Shown one piece after another: positions 57,178-64,000 of a stretch of 64,000 nt of DNA; position 1 is the first letter of the stretch, and each line of letters opens with the position of its first letter. Below the pieces are notes generated by a model. It did not search any database. It was not told where the DNA came from and worked only from the letters and a program-made list of their open reading frames with translations. Source of the DNA: a virus (taxonomy: Duplodnaviria > Caudoviricetes); the IMG/VR virus record IMGVR_UViG_3300005670_000019. The stretch is one strand, 5' to 3'. Position numbers and translations under genes: made by a program.

Positions 57178-57408
57178 ATGTCCAAGAAAGAACAACAGAA
57201 AAAGAAGAGGTTGAGTGAGGAGGAGTTTCTCCTACAGTCTCTTTATTTCCGCAAATATATCCTTCCGGATTTTCTGAACAAGAAGACGCCAGCAGCTTTT
57301 GCTTTTCTGGCAGAAATTCGAAAAGACCTTGAAGCCGAGGCGGACATTCAGTTCCACTTGGAAAAGGCACGCAAGGCAAACAACCCGCTCGTACCAGAAA
57401 AGAAGTGA
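57178..57408 (+). CDS. hypothetical protein
   Basis: 76-aa ORF. Confidence 0.55.
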   Translation: MSKKEQQKKKRLSEEEFLLQSLYFRKYILPDFLNKKTPAAFAFLAEIRKDLEAEADIQFHLEKARKANNPLVPEKK

Positions 57409-57803
57409 GAGAAGACATGTTTGGAATTGGAAACGAACAAAAGGCAGTCGAAGTTTCGCAAGCGGAAATTGCGGAAGACATTGAAGTGGTTCGGAAGTTG
57501 TTCTTGAAGCATGAGAAGTTTCTTCGTGTGGAAGAGTCCAACGAAGGCGGACATTTCATTCGTGCTCCGATGCTTCGAAACTTGCAAAAAGAAATTCTTG
57601 ATGCTCTTCCGGGACGGATTGTGATGAAGTTTGGTGGAAATCCACCCTTGGTTCATATCTTCTTCCGTGACCATCACTTTTTCGAGACGACTTATACCGA
57701 GCGAAAGCTTGTGACTCGCGTGCGTGAATTGGAGCGCGAAGTTGAATATCTTCGAAGTCTTGTTCGTGTGTACGAGGTTGCTCTTCACGGCAATGACCAT
57801 TGA
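57405..57803 (+). CDS. hypothetical protein
   Basis: 132-aa ORF, coupled. Confidence 0.6.
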   Translation: MREDMFGIGNEQKAVEVSQAEIAEDIEVVRKLFLKHEKFLRVEESNEGGHFIRAPMLRNLQKEILDALPGRIVMKFGGNPPLVHIFFRDHHFFETTYTERKLVTRVRELEREVEYLRSLVRVYEVALHGNDH

Positions 57804-57826
57804 CCCCGAGCTTGAAAGGAATTCCC

Positions 57827-58090
57827 ATGACTAGCGCAGTTCAAAAGGAAAGCACGGCTCGAACGTTTCTTACGGTTCGAGAGCTTATCGCGGAGCTTCA
57901 AAAGCTTCCAGAAGACCTTCAAAACGCTCCAGTTGCAAAGAGTGTCTATGACCTTGGAAGTCATTCTTGGGTTGTGACTGGAGTTGATGAGCTTGTTCCT
58001 TCGCCTGCGAAGGTTGTAAAGGAACGTTACCTCGTTGAGGTTGATAATCCTGTGGAAGGAAAGCTTGTAAAGGTTGTCATCCTTTACTGA
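57827..58090 (+). CDS. hypothetical protein (TV.ELI..L..LP.D type)
   Basis: LTVRELIAELQKLPED. Confidence 0.6.
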   Translation: MTSAVQKESTARTFLTVRELIAELQKLPEDLQNAPVAKSVYDLGSHSWVVTGVDELVPSPAKVVKERYLVEVDNPVEGKLVKVVILY

Positions 58091-58137
58091 GATGCTTGAT
58101 GCTTGAGGCAGCACTTACTGGCATCAAGTGAATTTTC

Positions 58138-58166
58138 TTGAAATTCCGGTTGGAATCTGATATGGT
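58138..58166 (+). promoter_or_regulatory. early promoter TTGAAA-N17-TATGGT
   Basis: 6 nt before ATG 58173, no SD. Confidence 0.8.
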
Positions 58167-58172
58167 GAAACC

Positions 58173-59066
58173 ATGCTAATCAACCTAGATAAGGCTCTTC
58201 GCTCATTCAAAAAGTGGGCAAAAGAAAATCCAGAAAACACCGTTGGATATAAGTACGATTATTACTCTTGTGTTGGCATCAAGAATATGGATGCCTGGAT
58301 GGAGAAACACTATAGTAAGTGGACAGAGGAACAAAGAGCTGCATATTTGTTGATTTCTTGGCAACGTTCACTTACTGCTCCGACGTTTCCGAATGGAAAG
58401 AGATATCCAGATGGAAGCGATTTCTTCCTCAAACACTACACTGGATTGTTTTTCAATGATCCAACCAAGAAGTCGATCAATCTTGGAACTCCTGAAAACA
58501 ACTTTCAAAGTTGTTCATTTTTAGTTGTTGAAACAACAGAAAATTCTTGGAAGGGCAAGATAACGAAATATCACATTCCAATCGTAAGCTCATATACGTC
58601 GGAATGGAGGGCTTTCAATGATGCGAAGGGCGCGTTCGAAGCGGGCGAATCTTGGTATCTTGAGAGAAGGAGAAAAGCCTTCGTGAAGGACTTTCAAAAG
58701 GTTGTGCAAGAGAACGCAGACATACTTTTGGAAAGTAAAGGTCCTGTTATCGATCCAAAGTTCATGGAAGCTGCCCTCAATTTTCAACAGGAGCAGTTGG
58801 AACTTCTTCCGGACATTTCAAAACTTGAAAGAGTTTTGAAAGAGCTTCGAGAAGATATTGATGAAAGTGGGATTTCGAAGAGAAAAATCAATGAAGTCCA
58901 AGGAATTTTGAATGACCTCAACTACTCCTTGAAGCATATAAAAGAACATAATCCTATCATCGGCAAAACCAAGGAAGAGAGCTTGAAGATTTTCGACAAG
59001 GCACTTCAAGGTGGCATTCCTCGACTTCTTCGTACGGACAAGAGGAAGAAGAAAGTTCAAGAATGA
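58173..59066 (+). CDS. early protein, paralog family member 2
   Basis: MLINLDKALRSFKKWAKENP resembles MFIKFDDAFASFQLWLRANP; shared C-terminus. Confidence 0.75.
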   Translation: MLINLDKALRSFKKWAKENPENTVGYKYDYYSCVGIKNMDAWMEKHYSKWTEEQRAAYLLISWQRSLTAPTFPNGKRYPDGSDFFLKHYTGLFFNDPTKKSINLGTPENNFQSCSFLVVETTENSWKGKITKYHIPIVSSYTSEWRAFNDAKGAFEAGESWYLERRRKAFVKDFQKVVQENADILLESKGPVIDPKFMEAALNFQQEQLELLPDISKLERVLKELREDIDESGISKRKINEVQGILNDLNYSLKHIKEHNPIIGKTKEESLKIFDKALQGGIPRLLRTDKRKKKVQE

Positions 59067-59872
59067 TGGAAATAGAAACAATTGATGTTCTAAAAACTCT
59101 TGATGATCTCTATACCTTTATCCGTTTCAAGGGAAAGGAAAAGAGAAATCTTCTTCCACAAAAGATAAGTTGGATTGAACGGGGACAATGGTTCAAAGAA
59201 GAACAAAACATAGATCCTGTCCTGAAGGAAAAGATCAGAAAAATTTCTGTATTTTTTGATTGGTGCGCTGCACCTTATGGTCGAAATGACCTTCTTCCTT
59301 TTCTTCCTTGTCCATCATCCTTTGTTTTGGATGGCGAAAAACTGAAAGAGGAAATCATCAGTAAAAATATACCTGTGTTTGGTGTAGAGAAACAAGGGAA
59401 GCAATTCTATTTTACTTGGACCACACATTGTGGCATTTTTGCCTTTGATGAAAACCTTATACCAAGCACTCAAAGTGCTTCTGTTTTTTACGAACTAAAA
59501 GAAATCATCAAGAAGAAATGGAACAAGGTTCGAGTTCTTGCTTCTCGTCCTTCTCCTCTCAAAATATATGAAAAGAGAATGAAAGCTGCTATCAGCTTCC
59601 AAGAAAAGCAAATGAAGTTTGCTGGAGAACTGAGAAAACAAATTCGAGACTTGGAAGAAATTGCAAAACTTTGTGAACAGGGACGCATTCATCGTAAAGT
59701 AAATGATGGGCTTTACGATCGATGTATGAAGCTTTATCAAAGCATTCATGACATTACTTCTTGCGAACCGAGCCTCACGGGCAATACATCAGAAGAAACT
59801 GATGAAAAAATCAAGAAAGCAATTGATGGTTCTATCTTGGTAAAGAAGTCTTCGAAAAAGAAGAAAGACTGA
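59063..59872 (+). CDS. early protein, paralog family member 3
   Basis: KAAISFQEKQMK...G.T.EE shared motif. Confidence 0.7.
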   Translation: MMEIETIDVLKTLDDLYTFIRFKGKEKRNLLPQKISWIERGQWFKEEQNIDPVLKEKIRKISVFFDWCAAPYGRNDLLPFLPCPSSFVLDGEKLKEEIISKNIPVFGVEKQGKQFYFTWTTHCGIFAFDENLIPSTQSASVFYELKEIIKKKWNKVRVLASRPSPLKIYEKRMKAAISFQEKQMKFAGELRKQIRDLEEIAKLCEQGRIHRKVNDGLYDRCMKLYQSIHDITSCEPSLTGNTSEETDEKIKKAIDGSILVKKSSKKKKD

Positions 59873-59875
59873 CGT

Positions 59876-60466
59876 TCATTCGCTGAACAGTTCAGGTAGA
59901 ACAGATTTCAACCAGTTTCTAACTTCTCCTTGAGGCATTTCACCAAGGTCTTTATAGGGTTTTGGTGTGCTGATAGACATAGAAGCAACAGACTTTAGTT
60001 TATTTCCAGCATCGTCATTGTCGGCAACGGCAATGACTTTTTTATTCATGGCAGCAAACCATGGTTTTAGCATCTTAGGATGATTTGCTAGAACAGCAAT
60101 TGCAGGCATTCCAATGTTGTGCAGCTTGACAGCATCAAAGATACCCTCTGTGACAAATAGGAAATCTTGGTTGTCAAAGACAGTTTCCAAGCCCCAAACA
60201 CCAATGGTCTTTTCTGGATGTTTTGTAATATACGTCCAGTATTTTGCCTTATCCCTGTCTCTGCTGTCGTTACCTGTCTTGGTTCCTTTTGGATTGTATT
60301 GTTGATATCCAACGAGTTGACCGGAAAGGTTGAAAAGAAGGAAAACGGCAAGGTTGTTTTCCTTGTCCATAATCACCCGTGTCTTTGATAGATCAACATC
60401 ACGCGATCGAAGATGGGATTCAATGTCATCATTCTCACATAAAAGAATTTGTTTTAGAGAAAACAT
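59876..60466 (-). CDS. primase-like Toprim protein without zinc-binding domain
   Basis: FVTEGIFDA, VADNDDAG, KDLGE; starts MFSLKQILLCE. Confidence 0.8.
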   Translation of the reverse strand: MFSLKQILLCENDDIESHLRSRDVDLSKTRVIMDKENNLAVFLLFNLSGQLVGYQQYNPKGTKTGNDSRDRDKAKYWTYITKHPEKTIGVWGLETVFDNQDFLFVTEGIFDAVKLHNIGMPAIAVLANHPKMLKPWFAAMNKKVIAVADNDDAGNKLKSVASMSISTPKPYKDLGEMPQGEVRNWLKSVLPELFSE

Positions 60467-60481
60467 TTGAGTTTATCTTTC

Positions 60482-61201
60482 TCACAAGTTTGCGAACATG
60501 TCCTTGAAAAGGAATTTTGAATTAGCACGAGGTTCCCCAGTTTGTTTTGATTCTTCTGGATTGATCCAAATGATCATTTTCTCATAACGAACAGGACCAT
60601 AAGAAATTACTTCGTTCTCTTTCTTATAAAGTTTTGGCATCTTTACCTTTGAGTTCAACTCATCAGGATTTAGCAGAAACTTACCATTCTTCTTTATTGG
60701 CATTGTCTTGAACAAAACAACATATTCTTGGAAAGAATATGCAAATTCTTTCAGAATTTCTTTTTTTGTAGTCCATGACAATATAGGAGAATGCTCTGTT
60801 TCCAATACACCATTTTCAAAAACCCAAAGACGTTCGTCGCCAGGATTTCTTGCAAGGTCTTCTTTTGATAGTCCAGTCGTATTGAAAAACAAATCTAAAT
60901 TTACAGAACTAAAAGAAATTCCTCTATAAATCGGTTCATTTTCCGGAACAAGTAAGTTTGAATACTTGCCTTTCTGTGCCAGTTTGTAAACGTCCGGAAA
61001 TTCCTGAGCTATTTTGTCCGCCACCTGACTATTGATCCATTGAAAAAGTCCTTTCTTGAAATCTTCTTCTTCTGGAGTCTCTGGTTGTTTCTCTGTTTTT
61101 GAAATGTCTTTTCTGTCTCTATCAAAGAGATACTTGCCAAAAACATCATTTGGTTTGGCTTCGGACGGAGCGTCTTCAAATATTAATTTTTTGATGCTCA
61201 T
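60482..61201 (-). CDS. R-S-E type ADP-ribosyltransferase-like protein
   Basis: PIYRG, LSWTT, ENEV; leader MSIKKLIFE. Confidence 0.65.
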   Translation of the reverse strand: MSIKKLIFEDAPSEAKPNDVFGKYLFDRDRKDISKTEKQPETPEEEDFKKGLFQWINSQVADKIAQEFPDVYKLAQKGKYSNLLVPENEPIYRGISFSSVNLDLFFNTTGLSKEDLARNPGDERLWVFENGVLETEHSPILSWTTKKEILKEFAYSFQEYVVLFKTMPIKKNGKFLLNPDELNSKVKMPKLYKKENEVISYGPVRYEKMIIWINPEESKQTGEPRANSKFLFKDMFANL

Positions 61202-62106
61202 GACTCTTCTGTCTTTTCTGGATAGTTTACACGACCGCCACTCATCGTTGCACCAGAGAAAAGGTCATTGAAGAACGGAATGACAAACTTTCTTCCTTTG
61301 TAAATCGAATAAAAATCATCTTGATCTTGCGCAACAGGAAGAACAACACTTCTTGGTTCCGTGGCATTTCCAGAGCCATCTGTGTAAAGAAGTTCTGCTT
61401 TCATTTGACCATCTTCTTGTCTCTCAACGAAGATTACACTTTCTTGTTCAAACTTCTTTCCAAGGAAAAGTAGATCATCTTTCGAAATGTTTGGAATAAC
61501 TAAAGGCTTTTCAACGTTTCCATATTTGCCTTGTATTTGGTAGAAACCATAACCAGCTTGACGTAGAGATTGTGCAAGCATCTTGTTTCTCTTCTTGTTT
61601 TCTTCTGGAGGCAGTTCCTTCGCAAATGGATTTTCTGCTGTCACAATTCCGATTGATGAAATGTTTTTTTCTTGTCCTGTGAGGCTTCTCATCAGTTTTG
61701 AATATCCACCCTCTGCAAGGTCCCCTTCATTTATTTGCACAGCCTCAGAGAGCCTTCTAGGTGCCTTGCCGTTGAAGCCAAATAGATGAGGTGAGACAAG
61801 AGCAGGACGAACAGAAAGAAGGTCACGAAGTCGAAGTTTACCTTCACCATAAAGGTCAACAATTTCAATTCCTCGTTTCTCTTCATCTTCATTTTCTTTG
61901 CTTGATTTATCATCCCAATACCAAGGTGCTTCATCATTTGGATTTGGAAGTTGAAGTTCATCCTGCTTCTGCTGATTTCTTTCGTCTTCTTCTTTCTTTT
62001 GACGATCAATCTCCCAAGGAGACGGAACCCAATCTTGTTCACTTAGGGTTTCTGAACTTGAGATGTTTTCTTTGATTGTGAACTTTTTCTTCTTACTCAT
62101 TTTCAT
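61198..62106 (-). CDS. SAM-lyase / DUF3293-like protein with acidic N-terminal extension
   Basis: IVTAENP...EN..RN..L...L...GKYG..E...LGKKFEQESVI...AELLY..G...GRKF. Confidence 0.6.
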   Translation of the reverse strand: MKMSKKKKFTIKENISSSETLSEQDWVPSPWEIDRQKKEEDERNQQKQDELQLPNPNDEAPWYWDDKSSKENEDEEKRGIEIVDLYGEGKLRLRDLLSVRPALVSPHLFGFNGKAPRRLSEAVQINEGDLAEGGYSKLMRSLTGQEKNISSIGIVTAENPFAKELPPEENKKRNKMLAQSLRQAGYGFYQIQGKYGNVEKPLVIPNISKDDLLFLGKKFEQESVIFVERQEDGQMKAELLYTDGSGNATEPRSVVLPVAQDQDDFYSIYKGRKFVIPFFNDLFSGATMSGGRVNYPEKTEES

Positions 62107-63031
62107 TCTCCATCAGATCATACATGCTTCGGATGATCCTTCTTAGGGATACGGTACCAAACTCATTTGATATAAATACTGCTGTCGCAGCTTGAACTTT
62201 CACATCTCCGAAAGAAATAACTTCACCTTCAGTCGAAAGCATGTTGATCATTGCCACATGATCGCTGTCCTTCGGTCGTAAGTTCGAGGTCATTTCATAA
62301 GGGTTTAGAAGGAATTTTCCATTTGATGGATTGGGCACTGTCTTCATCAAGATATTCACTTCTCCCCCTTTTAGGAAATTCTGCAATATAAGAGGCTCAA
62401 TTCCCCAAGACTGAAGTTTTTTGTTTGGCGGCGGATAAGAAATAGGAATATCGACTTTGAAAGGAATATTATCAAGAACTTTTTGGAGCTCAATACCATT
62501 CTTCAAATCTTCAATCTTTTTCTGAAAGGTTGGATTTGATGTTAGTCCAAGGGCTTTTGCCACATTGAAACCATGAACAATCCGATAAACAGGACGTTCT
62601 TCATCTGGCTTTAGAAACTTTTCATACTTTCCTTGACGAACAAGTTTCCAAGCTTCTTCAAAATTGGATGAAAGGGCAGTGTGATGAGTGTCGTTTATCC
62701 AAGACGCTAAGGAATCAAGAAGTTCATCTTCTTCGGGGGTATTCTTTTCTTTTGAAGCCCTAGTTTCAGCTCGCTGATCACCAAACAAAAACTCTCCAAA
62801 GATATCATCTTTGGAGGCTTCGACTTCTTGTTCAACAATCATATCAACAATGCCTTCAAGGACCGATTGAAGTTGTTCTTTTTCCTTTGAGGAAGCTACA
62901 TCTTCAAGACCTTTCAAAGCCTGTTTCTTGGCATCGAGTTTCTTTTGTTTCTGACGTTCTGCATAGGACTTTGCATCAGTACCTAAAGCTGTGTCAGTTG
63001 AACCGACTTTCGTTGGTTTCGTAGGAATCAT
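62093..63031 (-). CDS. R-S-E type ADP-ribosyltransferase-like protein, paralog of 60482..61201
   Basis: DIFGEFLF, GKY, PVYR, LQSWG, GKFLLNP, EGEVISFG. Confidence 0.6.
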   Translation of the reverse strand: MIPTKPTKVGSTDTALGTDAKSYAERQKQKKLDAKKQALKGLEDVASSKEKEQLQSVLEGIVDMIVEQEVEASKDDIFGEFLFGDQRAETRASKEKNTPEEDELLDSLASWINDTHHTALSSNFEEAWKLVRQGKYEKFLKPDEERPVYRIVHGFNVAKALGLTSNPTFQKKIEDLKNGIELQKVLDNIPFKVDIPISYPPPNKKLQSWGIEPLILQNFLKGGEVNILMKTVPNPSNGKFLLNPYEMTSNLRPKDSDHVAMINMLSTEGEVISFGDVKVQAATAVFISNEFGTVSLRRIIRSMYDLMENENE

Positions 63032-63036
63032 GAGGA

Positions 63037-63042
63037 TAAATA
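63037..63042 (-). promoter_or_regulatory. TATTTA putative late promoter heading the ART/SAM-lyase/ART/Toprim operon
   Basis: one of about 12 TA(T/C)TTA sites upstream of structural or tagged genes. Confidence 0.6.
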
Positions 63043-63048
63043 GAGAAA

Positions 63049-63363
63049 TTATTCATCATCATCCCAAATACTTACAACCCCAGGAGCGGGAATAGGTGAA
63101 AAGAAATTTTTTGTAAACTCCAAATCTCCAACAATCCAGTCAGGTCTACTTTTCTCATTCTCTTCTGTTCGAGGATTTGCTTTATTCAAACCATGAACAA
63201 ACGTCCATCTACAATCTTCACATGAATATCGAATGGCACTATCACATGGATGACAAGACAGAAATCTTGGTGTTCCATCTGGATTTGTTCCGGATTTATA
63301 TGTGTGGCAATCATAAGCCCAATAAAGATTGGTCGATGAACAATTTGGACATTTCTGTTTCAT
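63049..63363 (-). CDS. Cys-rich zinc-finger protein
   Basis: CPNC...C...CHPC...CEDC; probable start MKQKC. Confidence 0.55.
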   Translation of the reverse strand: MKQKCPNCSSTNLYWAYDCHTYKSGTNPDGTPRFLSCHPCDSAIRYSCEDCRWTFVHGLNKANPRTEENEKSRPDWIVGDLEFTKNFFSPIPAPGVVSIWDDDE

Positions 63364-63394
63364 AGCTTGAGTATGACATTTCAGTGCTAATTTT

Positions 63395-64000
63395 TCAAAG
63401 ATTGTGTTTGTCATGTTCTTCTTTGTGGCAGGATTTACAAAGAACAATTCCTGAGACGTTGTTGTCAATATGATATTGAGCGACTTCATTAGAGATTTTT
63501 TGTTTTAGAGCAAATGTTTCCTCTGTTGTTGGAAGACCAAAATAATCTTTCCAATTGTTAGAGATAGCTATACGTCTTACAATTTCACTCATTTGTTCTT
63601 TGTTGTGATGAACTTCAAGGTCTGCTCTTGGAGTATCATTTCTACTTGCTTTACACTTTTCACAAGAAAAATTTGATGCTGCAAGTTTTGGATATTTCCA
63701 TTTTTCAAAAAGTTTTTTACTCGCATGACACGTGGCTAAAAGAGATGAAGTTCCACCTTTCCATTGTGAATGGTCCTTGCCTGACAAAGTTGGAATAGTT
63801 CCATTCAAGCGATTTTCTTTCATTCGTTTTGAACGCTTTTCCTTTTCTGGACCTTTTACAATGGACTGAGACATTTTGGCAATGCGTTTATCAGTTTCTT
63901 TTGTAAGACCCTTCGCCCAATGTTCACCAGTTTCATTCAAATGAAAAGGTTTCCAAGTCCCATCTTCAACCATTTTTCTTCGTGTTGAAGCACTCTTTTG
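63395..64000 (-). CDS. HNH homing-endonuclease-like protein; 5' end outside the window
   Basis: WAKGLTKETD and QWKGG NUMOD-like motifs, CEKC, LEVHH, LCKSCH...H; frame stays open to 64000. Confidence 0.8.
   Translation of the reverse strand, partial: QKSASTRRKMVEDGTWKPFHLNETGEHWAKGLTKETDKRIAKMSQSIVKGPEKEKRSKRMKENRLNGTIPTLSGKDHSQWKGGTSSLLATCHASKKLFEKWKYPKLAASNFSCEKCKASRNDTPRADLEVHHNKEQMSEIVRRIAISNNWKDYFGLPTTEETFALKQKISNEVAQYHIDNNVSGIVLCKSCHKEEHDKHNL

Noticed and set aside
1-64000. alternative genetic code (stop-codon reassignment)
   Set aside because: Conserved genes are full length and coding density is high under the standard code.

Overview
This is a 64-kb segment of a large, AT-rich, T4-like (myovirus-type) dsDNA phage genome; it is dense in genes and I could not support any tRNA, rRNA or CRISPR array. 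All family assignments come from motifs recognised by eye, not from database searches. Layout: (1) 2.3-20 kb replication and nucleotide-metabolism module (short PolA, gp32-like SSB, UvsX/RecA, dUTPase, FEN/RNase H, DnaB-like helicase, class II RNR, ThyX, adenine methylase plus putative endonuclease). (2) 21-31 kb minus-strand fibre/structural genes with shared SGS-rich repeat modules and LamG-like domains. (3) ClpP, a metallophosphoesterase, the tape-measure gene and tail chaperones with a likely programmed +1/-2 frameshift. (4) A sigma70-like gene truncated before its -35 helix-turn-helix, with a stand-alone HTH gene two ORFs downstream. (5) A GC-richer early region around divergent TTGAAA-N17-TATGGT promoters. 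The strongest candidate for an undescribed system is a genome-wide set of genes sharing a TA(T/C)TTA upstream motif and/or a basic-hydrophobic 'K-I/L-x-K...L-x-E' leader. It resembles a capsid-targeting/prohead-protease tag, and it is fused to enzymes: four ADP-ribosyltransferase-like proteins, a SAM-lyase-like protein, a restriction-like nuclease, a Nudix hydrolase and a Toprim protein. This suggests a virion-packaged, injected effector arsenal. Other notable items are a stand-alone half PheT anticodon-binding domain, a degenerate capsid-fragment gene, a triad of protease-inhibitor paralogs and frequent apparently leaderless mRNAs.
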